From assembly GCA_030679115.1 (NCBI GenBank), contig JAUXTS010000047.1, forward strand, positions 1 to 48,674: a DNA stretch of 48,674 bases, written 5' to 3'. The stretch's first letter is position 1, and each line of letters opens with the position of its first letter. A program made the translations under genes and the position numbers. The notes under the pieces were generated by a model. The model did not search any database. It was not told where the DNA came from and saw only the letters and a program-made list of their open reading frames with translations. The stretch is from an archaeon (GTDB taxonomy: Archaea; Nanobdellota; Nanobdellia; Pacearchaeales; GW2011-AR1). Shown piece after piece: positions 37,246 through 44,926 of this stretch.

Positions 37246-37692
37246 TTAAATAGAATCTAAAGTTCTTTTTAAATTGGTTAAGCTTGCTTCTAAACTACAG
37301 GCATCAAAATTCTTCGCTTTTAATTCAGGTAAACTTTCTCTCATCTCTTGAATAAAAATTTGATCCTTCCTAAATATTTCATCGCTTCTTTTTATAGTCG
37401 CATTATTCAAATATCTCGCAATCCACCTTAATGATTCTCCACCTGCATTCATCATAAGAAATCCTGGATTTCCACTCACAAGTGCTACGATTCCCCAAAC
37501 ATAAGAAATATTTGGGATCCAAACCGAGAGAATCTTCATATCTAGTTCTTCTCTATTAATTCGCTCTCGTTTTGCTTGTAATTCTTCGCTATCAATAATA
37601 AATTCAGAATAAAAAGCCCTCTGGGTATTATAATAATCTGAAAAATCAGTTCCAAGTAAATACTTAGCCAATGTTTCTTTTAATTTTGACAT
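37246..37692 (-). CDS. Hypothetical membrane protein
   Basis: Central hydrophobic hairpin; own TATA. Confidence 0.65.
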   Translation of the reverse strand: MSKLKETLAKYLLGTDFSDYYNTQRAFYSEFIIDSEELQAKRERINREELDMKILSVWIPNISYVWGIVALVSGNPGFLMMNAGGESLRWIARYLNNATIKRSDEIFRKDQIFIQEMRESLPELKAKNFDACSLEASLTNLKRTLDSI

Positions 37693-37863
37693 ATTTATAA
37701 AAAATAGGCTGACTTTTTAAACCTTCCTGCTTATTACCACTATTAAATTACTATTTACATAGTGGCCATTCCTTCCAATTATAAACTATCAATCGGACTT
37801 TTATTTTATCCACTCGTCAGGTCGTAGAACACTGATTATACAAAATTGTTCCAAGTATTCACA

Positions 37864-37890
37864 ACTTCGTCTAACATCATTAGGCTCAAT
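37864..37890. other. dif/lox-like putative recombination site 1
   Basis: ACTTCGTCTAA-CATCA-TTAGGCTCAAT; core repeated directly at 39004-39024. Confidence 0.45.
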
Positions 37891-38016
37891 TAAAAAATCG
37901 TGCTCCCTATTTACATTCGGGCTGGCTCGAAACCATTACGATTATTTTTCTTTCAGAAAAATTAGGGGGTCGGCTACGGGTTGCTTTGCAACAGATAGTC
38001 TTGACTTCGTCAAGAA

Positions 38017-38748
38017 TTATAACTTATCGGCTTCTTTCAACTTCATTCTTGTAGGGCTTAAATCAGAAACTAAATCATAAGTATTTCTAGAATAATCTCC
38101 AAAAATGTGCGAATTACCAAGAGTTACTAAAAATACTTTTTCAGGATTAGCAATATGAATATTTCTGATTTGGGCTGCAATTCTTTCATCTCTTTCTAAG
38201 ACACAGATTCTAAATAGCTCACTTCCATACCTTGAAATAAAATCATTCGAAGCAACCCGATCATATCTTGAATCAACATCTCTTTGATATTCTTCCACAG
38301 AACCCCTGTCAATAAAGTCTTTAATATCCATATCCATTGGCGTCAATAAATCCGCCATAGTTTTTCCACTGGCTAATTGCTGTCTTAACCAAGTTTGTTC
38401 AGCCGCACTCATGGAGTTACCTACCCCTTCATCAAGTTCTTTATCAAGGCAATATAATCTTATGTCTGGCGAGCCATTTTTGTAAACTTTTGGAACCCAC
38501 TCTTCAAAGTAAGAAGAATTAAACATTAATTTTAACCTTGCTATTTGTTCAGGAGTATATAATTTTTGAAAAGGAATTGTCTCGAGTTTTTTCTGTAAAT
38601 CTAAATGAACTTGCCACCCTCTTGTAGCCCCTTGTGGAGTTTGCTCTAAGCCTACAATTGAAGGTTTATAATAATTTAATACTCTTTCCAGTCTTTCTGG
38701 ACCTTTTAAATCATTATGCACTGAACCGACCAATATAATATTTCCCAT
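38017..38748 (-). CDS. TraB/GumN (TIKI superfamily)-like protein
   Basis: LVGSVH, PSIVGLE, ERDERIA..I and LGNSH motifs in the order found in TraB/TIKI proteins. Confidence 0.7.
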   Translation of the reverse strand: MGNIILVGSVHNDLKGPERLERVLNYYKPSIVGLEQTPQGATRGWQVHLDLQKKLETIPFQKLYTPEQIARLKLMFNSSYFEEWVPKVYKNGSPDIRLYCLDKELDEGVGNSMSAAEQTWLRQQLASGKTMADLLTPMDMDIKDFIDRGSVEEYQRDVDSRYDRVASNDFISRYGSELFRICVLERDERIAAQIRNIHIANPEKVFLVTLGNSHIFGDYSRNTYDLVSDLSPTRMKLKEADKL

Positions 38749-38996
38749 ATTAAATATTGTAAAAATTGCTTATTTATAAACTTTTCTATTTATAACTACT
38801 TAATAGTGACTACTCATAACGCCGACCCCCTAAAACCCCCAAGAGACTATCTCGCCAGCCCTCACTTTATTTCTAAAACTTCCCACCCACCCACGCACGA
38901 TTTTTTAACTCTTCGCAACTTCGTTGCTCGTTGTTTCATCTCTGAACTCTCCAGCCCTCAACTCGCTGCCGCTCGTGGAGGGAGTTTTCTAGGAAA

Positions 38997-39023
38997 AATG
39001 AAACTAACATCATTATACTCAAT
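38997..39023. other. dif/lox-like putative recombination site 2
   Basis: AATGAAACTAA-CATCA-TTATACTCAAT; 19/21 identical to 37871-37891. Confidence 0.45.
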
Positions 39024-39129
39024 TTCTCCATTTCGTTCAGAATAATATAGCTACACTTGAAACTAAAATATAGTTTCATCTGAAACACAATTCCCCAAAT
39101 CTTATAAACCTCTAATTATCTATTGTATC

Positions 39130-40029
39130 ATGGCAGAGCGTTTATCCTTTGAAGATGAAATATCAAGAAACAAGTTCAAGTCATTTCTATTGATGATATT
39201 TGTATTCATAATCATAGTTGTCCTTGGATATATAATTTCCTATGCAGTAGACCCAAGCTATTTCTTTTTCATTATGATATTCGCAACAATATTTTCTCTT
39301 CTTTATATTGTTGTAAGCTATTACAATTCAGATAAAATCGCTCTTGCATCTGTAAACGCGAAACCTGCCTCGCAGGAAAGACATAGAATGCTTTTCAATG
39401 CCGTAGAGTCAATGTCTATTGCGTCAGGATTGCCAATGCCAAAAGTCTATGTAATGGAATCCGAACAAATCAATGCATTCGCTTCCGGAAGAGACCCACA
39501 ACACGCAGTCATTTGTGTAACAGCCGGTGCTCTCGAGAAATTAAACAAACAGCAATTGGAAGGAGTGATAGCCCATGAAATGTCCCATATAGCAAACTTT
39601 GACATTCGTTTCATGACTATTACTGCAGTAATGGTTGGGATGATTTCAATAATAGCACAAATTTATCTTCGCAGTTTATGGTTCTCATCTGGAAATAATA
39701 ATAGTAAAAAGAATGGAATTTTCATAATTTTGGGAATTATCGCTGCAATCCTTGCTCCTCTTGTAGCCCAACTCGCAGCATTAGCAATCTCAAGAAAGAG
39801 AGAATTCACAGCAGACGCCACGGGAGTTAAATTCACAAGATATCCCTCAGGATTGCGTTCAGCTTTGCAAGCCATAAAGAATGAACATGTTTCAAGCAAG
39901 GACGCTCACCACTATTCAAAAGCCGTCGCCCCATTGTTCATTTCCGACCCTTTCAAGAAGAAATTTCAGAATTTATTCTCAACGCACCCAGATGTTAATG
40001 AAAGAATAGCAAGATTGGATAGAATGTAA
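39130..40029 (+). CDS. htpX: HtpX family M48 membrane zinc protease
   Basis: NAFASG, AHEMSH (HExxH), SRKREFTAD, FSTHP. Confidence 0.95.
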   Translation: MAERLSFEDEISRNKFKSFLLMIFVFIIIVVLGYIISYAVDPSYFFFIMIFATIFSLLYIVVSYYNSDKIALASVNAKPASQERHRMLFNAVESMSIASGLPMPKVYVMESEQINAFASGRDPQHAVICVTAGALEKLNKQQLEGVIAHEMSHIANFDIRFMTITAVMVGMISIIAQIYLRSLWFSSGNNNSKKNGIFIILGIIAAILAPLVAQLAALAISRKREFTADATGVKFTRYPSGLRSALQAIKNEHVSSKDAHHYSKAVAPLFISDPFKKKFQNLFSTHPDVNERIARLDRM

Positions 40030-40074
40030 ATATTTTAAGGCAAATATTTATAACAAACATTTCTATAGAAAATT

Positions 40075-40614
40075 ATGGATAAGAAAGAGAGAATATCTAT
40101 TTTTATTGATGGAAATAACCTTTATCACAGCTTAAACAGAATAAAAGCAGGAAAAATTGATTACAAAAAACTGATTAACGAACTTGTTGGGAAAAGAATT
40201 CTCATAAATGTTTTTTATTATATCGCACCCTTAGATATAACTTCTAACGAGGAAAAATATTGGAAGCATCAAAAATTCTTAGCAGAATTAGAAAAGATAC
40301 CAGGATTTAAGATAGTTTTATGCACCTTAAGAAAATATCCAAAGCCAGACGGAACTTTTGGCTTTGAAGTCAAGGGCGATGATGTTTATCTTGCTAATGA
40401 TATGCTTGTTGGTGCCTATGAAAATCTCTATGATGGTGCTATTTTGATTTCAGGTGATGAAGATTTTATGCCAGTAGTAAATACTTTAAAGAAATTAAGT
40501 AAAAGAGTAGAGAATCTTTACTTTACGTCTAGTTCTTCTAAAAATCTTAGAAAGACGTGCACAGGCTATTTAAATATAAGAAATATTCTTGATAAAATAA
40601 AACTTGAAGAGTGA
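40075..40614 (+). CDS. NYN (LabA/DUF88, PIN-like) domain RNase
   Basis: FIDGNNL, KGDDVYLA.D and ISGDEDF acidic motifs. Confidence 0.9.
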   Translation: MDKKERISIFIDGNNLYHSLNRIKAGKIDYKKLINELVGKRILINVFYYIAPLDITSNEEKYWKHQKFLAELEKIPGFKIVLCTLRKYPKPDGTFGFEVKGDDVYLANDMLVGAYENLYDGAILISGDEDFMPVVNTLKKLSKRVENLYFTSSSSKNLRKTCTGYLNIRNILDKIKLEE

Positions 40615-40657
40615 GTATAAGTCCGGTATTGCCCGAAGACCATACCGGGATAGTTAT
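40615..40657 (-). ncRNA. Candidate small RNA convergent with the NYN gene
   Basis: Minus-strand AAAGGATTTTTAAAG (40679-40693) with no evident ORF downstream; hairpin CCGGUAU-G-GUC-UUCG-GGC-A-AUACCGG just after the predicted start; 3' end unknown. Confidence 0.4.
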
Positions 40658-40710
40658 TAAAATTACTATTCTCCCAGACTTTAAAAATCCTTTGTTTTTC
40701 TCTGCATCTA

Positions 40711-41036
40711 CTTAGCTTTCTGAAGCTATTTATGAAAAAATAACCTGACTTCGTCGAGGATTATTTTTTCTGAAGAATTATCATTAGTCCGATAAAATAT
40801 CATCTAGGCAGTTAATCAATTAAGCAAGGCTTCTATTGACAAGACCTCCTTATCATATTTATTGACGATATAGGGAACTGCATAGCTTATGTCTCATTCA
40901 TTTTGCAGTTCTCTATCTGGAAAACTACGACTATCTGTGCTATAAATCACGCAGTTATCCATAACTAAGTGACTGGAAATTTATCTTTGGACTATGGACA
41001 AGATAAATTTTAATATTTTCACTTCAGAAAGCTAAG
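40711..41036. mobile_element. MITE-like non-coding element with terminal inverted repeats
   Basis: CTTAGCTTTCTGAAG (40711-40725) and CTTCAGAAAGCTAAG (41022-41036) are perfect inverse complements; several internal hairpins; no ORF of 60 aa or more. Confidence 0.6.
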
Positions 41037-41065
41037 CAATAACGTTTTTCTAAAAAATTTGTATT

Positions 41066-41119
41066 TTCTCAACGCACCCAGACATAAATGAGCGTATTTC
41101 TAGATTGGATAGAATGTAA
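41066..41119 (+). pseudogene. Diverged duplicate of the htpX 3' end
   Basis: Encodes FSTHPDINERISRLDRM* versus FSTHPDVNERIARLDRM* at 39976-40029. Confidence 0.85.
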
Positions 41120-41159
41120 TTACAATAAAGTTTATATACAAATTACTTCAGATATTTTT

Positions 41160-41489
41160 ATGAGCTTATCTTTTCATTATGAATGTAAATCTCCTTTAGT
41201 TCGAAATAAAAAAGAATCAATGGAAATAAGAGAAAAATTAGAAGTTCTTACAAATCTTCTTAGGGAAGCTTATAATATTGAAGGCGAGGGAATGGTTAAT
41301 GTAAGTTTTAGCAGTTTGCCTAGTACAATTTTACTGGAACCTTCAAAAAGAGCTAAAATAAGAAGGATAGGGCAGGACAGATATAGTTCAAGATTAGAAG
41401 GAAAGTTTGTCTGCTCTTCACCATCGCATGTTACAATAGAATTGCATGATAGAAGATATATTATAAGGTATGCTCCCCAGAAGCATTGA
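41160..41489 (+). CDS. Hypothetical protein
   Basis: Probable start MSLSF at 41160 after AAAGTTTATATA. Confidence 0.6.
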   Translation: MSLSFHYECKSPLVRNKKESMEIREKLEVLTNLLREAYNIEGEGMVNVSFSSLPSTILLEPSKRAKIRRIGQDRYSSRLEGKFVCSSPSHVTIELHDRRYIIRYAPQKH

Positions 41490-41533
41490 GTTTCAATTCC
41501 TTCTGGCATCTAGATAAGTTACTATAAAATTAT

Positions 41534-41728
41534 TTATTTCCCAAGCTCAAGTCTCAAAGCAATATATCCCAAATACCCTGTAATTGCAAGGCAAACCCAT
41601 GAAGCCCAAACAGGAACTACAATTTCTCCTAATTGCATTGTCCAGCCATAAGCTAATTTTATAATATTTAGAACAGCAAGCGCAGTAAATACAATCGCGC
41701 TTGCAATGAAATAAGTTTTCTCTTTCAT
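41534..41728 (-). CDS. Small two-TM membrane protein
   Basis: Two hydrophobic helices with a P.WASW loop. Confidence 0.7.
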   Translation of the reverse strand: MKEKTYFIASAIVFTALAVLNIIKLAYGWTMQLGEIVVPVWASWVCLAITGYLGYIALRLELGK

Positions 41729-41861
41729 AGCATAATAAAATTTTTACCCTATATAAACGTTTTTAACGCTCAAATTGGTTGGATTCTTTTTTCCAATTTG
41801 AGGCTTAAAAATCTTAACAATTCAACAGAGGATTTTTAATATATCTGTTCTAATATTTATT

Positions 41862-42323
41862 ATGCAAAAAGTATCAGCAGGACTATTGATGTATAAAATA
41901 AGGAACAATCAATTGGAATTCTTCCTAGCTCATCCTGGAGGCCCATTCTGGAAAAACAAGGACGACGGCACCTGGGGAATTCCAAAAGGAGAGATTCACG
42001 ACTCAGAAGAACCGTTAGAAGCAGCAAAAAGAGAGTTCAAGGAAGAGACAGGAATAACTCCAAAAGAGCCATTTATTTCTCTAGGAGAGATAACTCAAAA
42101 ATCCGGCAAGGTTGTTCACGCCTGGGCTTTTGAAGGCGATTGGAGTGGTTTACTAATGGGCTCAAGCTATGTCACAATGGAATATCCTGCTAAATCTGGA
42201 AAGACAATAAAATTCCCAGAGATAGACAAAGCCGGCTTCTTCACGCTTGAAAAAGCAAAGAAGATTATCAATCCAGCCCAATACGAATTGCTTTTGCGCC
42301 TGAAAGATTACTTGAAGCTATAG
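41862..42323 (+). CDS. NUDIX hydrolase
   Basis: Nudix box PKGE......LEAAKREFKEETG; HPGGPFW subfamily motif. Confidence 0.92.
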   Translation: MQKVSAGLLMYKIRNNQLEFFLAHPGGPFWKNKDDGTWGIPKGEIHDSEEPLEAAKREFKEETGITPKEPFISLGEITQKSGKVVHAWAFEGDWSGLLMGSSYVTMEYPAKSGKTIKFPEIDKAGFFTLEKAKKIINPAQYELLLRLKDYLKL

Positions 42324-43147
42324 GGGATCTTCTTTATCTCCTCTAATCTTTTATTTGCGCTCAGCGAAGAAGAAAAAATCTTCCAGAATATCTTGCTGGC
42401 CCATTCAGCCCACTCCTTGTCTTTTATAGTATAATACAAAAACAACTTCTTGTTCAGTTCTTTTATTTTTCCCGTTGGTTCGCTGACTTCTTTTATCCTT
42501 AATAACTTATTGTCGACTATCACTGCTCTAAAAGGATTCTCGCAATGCCTTATCTCTATAGCTTCTTTTCCATACTTGAAATTCAAGGACAGCATCCTTT
42601 CAATATTTTCCTTTCCAGCGATATCCACCCTGCATACTATCTTTATCGGGATTCCCTTCAGGATAAGTTTCTCAAAAGTCTCAAACATATCCATCTTTTT
42701 GTTATTTAAATTAATGAAAGACAGATTGCCGGAAAAAATCAAAATCTGTTTCTCGGCGCCAAGCATTATCCTGCTCAATTCAGGAATGTTAGTCGACTCT
42801 TCATAATCTACCTCCACTTTCTTTTTATTTGCATCAACATATTGGAAGATGTCAAATGCAGAAAAATCTTCCTTTCTTTTTGCTTTTAGAATATCTTGCT
42901 CAAGTTTTTCCTGGAATATGGAATGGCTTATTTTGTCAACTGAAGCCCAAAAAACAATCTTCAGCGCCCCTCTTGTACCCTCTCTGAAAACTCTTGTGGA
43001 TATAGTTCCAAAATTCTTCTCTATTTCTTCAATATACCTATCAGCAGTCCTCCAGTTTTTCTCGATATGCCCGGCAATCTCCTGCACGCTCCTTGGCTTC
43101 GCATAGACAAAATCCTCTATTTTCTTTATCACCTCTGAATTAATCAT
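42308..43147 (-). CDS. Putative TrmB-like regulator (N-terminal HTH plus PLD-like domain)
   Basis: SVQEIA......WRTADRY HTH; AEKQILI...GIPIKIV...IRH.....RAVIVDNK. Confidence 0.65.
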   Translation of the reverse strand: MINSEVIKKIEDFVYAKPRSVQEIAGHIEKNWRTADRYIEEIEKNFGTISTRVFREGTRGALKIVFWASVDKISHSIFQEKLEQDILKAKRKEDFSAFDIFQYVDANKKKVEVDYEESTNIPELSRIMLGAEKQILIFSGNLSFINLNNKKMDMFETFEKLILKGIPIKIVCRVDIAGKENIERMLSLNFKYGKEAIEIRHCENPFRAVIVDNKLLRIKEVSEPTGKIKELNKKLFLYYTIKDKEWAEWASKIFWKIFSSSLSANKRLEEIKKIPYSFK

Positions 43148-43199
43148 ATAATCTCTAATCTTTCCTTATATTTAATCTTTTTTATTATATACAACACTA

Positions 43200-43217
43200 T
43201 TGACAACTTTTTGTCAA
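43200..43217. promoter_or_regulatory. Palindromic operator candidate between divergent genes
   Basis: TTGACAA-CTTT-TTGTCAA next to the TATA of the kinase-like gene. Confidence 0.5.
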
Positions 43218-43252
43218 AAAGAGGTATATAGTTTACAACTCTATGTATAATT

Positions 43253-43822
43253 ATGAAAGTGATAGAATTTTTGGGAATGCCAAGAGCAGGAAAGACTACA
43301 GCTATTGAAATTATGGAATCTTATTTCAAACACGAGGGAAAGAGAGTCAGGGTGGTATATGAAGGCGCAAGAGTTTCTCCTTTAGATAAGTCTGATAGGT
43401 ATAATTACAACGCTTGGAGTTTTCACAATACTGTAAACAGAATTCTTGAAGCAAGACTAGACCATTATGATTTTATTTTAGTTGACAGGGGGATATTAGA
43501 TCATTTTTCATTTTTAGAAGCCATAACAAAACACAAAGATGCGACTTCAGCCAAAGAATATTATCTTTCATTTTTAAATCTCCAAGATAAAGAAATTTTC
43601 TTTTCGATTAATCCTGAAGAAGCGATTAAAAGAGAAAAAAAGCATAAACCCTTCTTAGGGAGAGTTTTTAATAAGCTATTTTTAGAACAGCTTTTATTTT
43701 CTTATAATAGAACGATAGATTTTGCTCGGTCTAATTTATGTAGAAAACTTATTCATATTGACGGAACCAAAAAATTTGAAGATAACTACCAAGAAGTTAT
43801 AAGGATTGCGCAAACTTTTTAA
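43253..43822 (+). CDS. Thymidylate-kinase-like P-loop protein
   Basis: IEFLGMPRAGKTT, VDRG, AIKR, IDG. Confidence 0.7.
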   Translation: MKVIEFLGMPRAGKTTAIEIMESYFKHEGKRVRVVYEGARVSPLDKSDRYNYNAWSFHNTVNRILEARLDHYDFILVDRGILDHFSFLEAITKHKDATSAKEYYLSFLNLQDKEIFFSINPEEAIKREKKHKPFLGRVFNKLFLEQLLFSYNRTIDFARSNLCRKLIHIDGTKKFEDNYQEVIRIAQTF

Positions 43823-43844
43823 CTGCCTTTCTCTTTTTCTCTAG

Positions 43845-44417
43845 ATGAAACCTCTCCCATTAAATTTCTTCAATAACTCAACAGCCGAAGTAGCCAAAGC
43901 TCTTCTTGGATGTTATCTTGTAAATGAAACTCCACAAGGAGAAGCTATAGGAAAAATAGTGGAAACTGAAGCGTATTTATCAGACGACCCTGCATCTCAT
44001 TCATCCAAAGGAATTACAGAAAGAAACAAACCAATGTTCTCTCATCCTGGAACAATTTATATTTATTTTACATATGGAATGTATCATTGTTTTAATATTG
44101 CGACGCGAGAAAAAGGAATAGGAGAAGCTGTTCTTATACGGGCTCTCGAACCAATTAAAGGATTGGAATTGATGAAAAAACGCAGAAAAACAGACAATAT
44201 CAAAGAATTATGCAATGGCCCGGCAAAATTAGTCCAGGCCTTAGATATTTCAAAAAAACTTAACAATTCTCCCATAAATTCTTCATCATTGAAAATATTT
44301 CAACCAGACAATAATAAAATTAAAATAACGACTGCAAAAAGAATAGGCATTTCAAAAGGAGCAGAACTCCCATTAAGATTCTTTATTAAAGATAATAAAT
44401 TTGTCTCTAAACCTTAG
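43845..44417 (+). CDS. mpg: 3-methyladenine DNA glycosylase (Mpg/AAG family)
   Basis: IVETEAY..D.ASH, YIYFTYGMY, AVLIRALEP, NGPAKL, RIGI. Confidence 0.95.
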   Translation: MKPLPLNFFNNSTAEVAKALLGCYLVNETPQGEAIGKIVETEAYLSDDPASHSSKGITERNKPMFSHPGTIYIYFTYGMYHCFNIATREKGIGEAVLIRALEPIKGLELMKKRRKTDNIKELCNGPAKLVQALDISKKLNNSPINSSSLKIFQPDNNKIKITTAKRIGISKGAELPLRFFIKDNKFVSKP

Positions 44418-44449
44418 ATTTAAATAGGATATTCTTATGATAAACCGAC

Positions 44450-44824
44450 ATGAATATCCATCATTTGCCCGAAACAGCAAAACCGATTTATATAGAAATG
44501 TCAAGAGAATTCTCTAATGTCTCTTATGACGAGCTAAAAATCTATCACATAATGGGTAAGAAAGATTTTAGAAAACTTATAAATGTCGCGTTTGAATATG
44601 CGTATCAGAAAGCAAAGTTCTTTGGGATAGATCAGAAATCAAAAAAATTTATAGAACTATGCCAATCAAGAAGAAGGCAGGATGTTACTGAAATTTTAAG
44701 AGATATAGAATTTGGGAGTAAATTAGGATTCAAGCCAAGTTATGAACCATTTAACGAAGAAGAAATAATTAATTTAATAAAAGAAGAATGTATAAATAAA
44801 ATTAAGGGATATAAGGGAAAATAA
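44450..44824 (+). CDS. Hypothetical protein
   Basis: 124-aa ORF with an upstream TTTAAATA. Confidence 0.65.
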   Translation: MNIHHLPETAKPIYIEMSREFSNVSYDELKIYHIMGKKDFRKLINVAFEYAYQKAKFFGIDQKSKKFIELCQSRRRQDVTEILRDIEFGSKLGFKPSYEPFNEEEIINLIKEECINKIKGYKGK

Positions 44825-44923
44825 TAAACTCCTTGAAGTTTGTTAGGAGTTTATGAGACAAGAATAAAACTATTAAAATAAATTATTCAATTACAGATTA
44901 AAATCTTAGTTTTATTCTTTGGA
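44824..44923. repeat. Two-hairpin element between convergent genes (possible partial family-1 copy or terminator)
   Basis: ATAAACTCCT/AGGAGTTTAT, GAGAC linker, AAGAATAAAACTA/TAGTTTTATTCTT, then TGGA as in copy C. Confidence 0.6.
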
Positions 44924-44926
44924 TAA

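Noticed and set aside
38806-39045. 79-aa ORF on the plus strand
   Set aside because: It coincides with the inverted-repeat and hairpin flank of the TraB cassette and has an atypical composition
37693-39129. Canonical integron attC sites
   Set aside because: GTCTAAC fits RYYYAAC, but I could not find a matching GTTRRRY with the L/R box fold, and no integron integrase is in the window
39976-41119. htpX tail duplication as a DGR template/variable repeat pair
   Set aside because: Differences are not confined to adenines of one copy (T/C and G/T changes occur), are mostly synonymous or conservative, and no reverse transcriptase is present in the window
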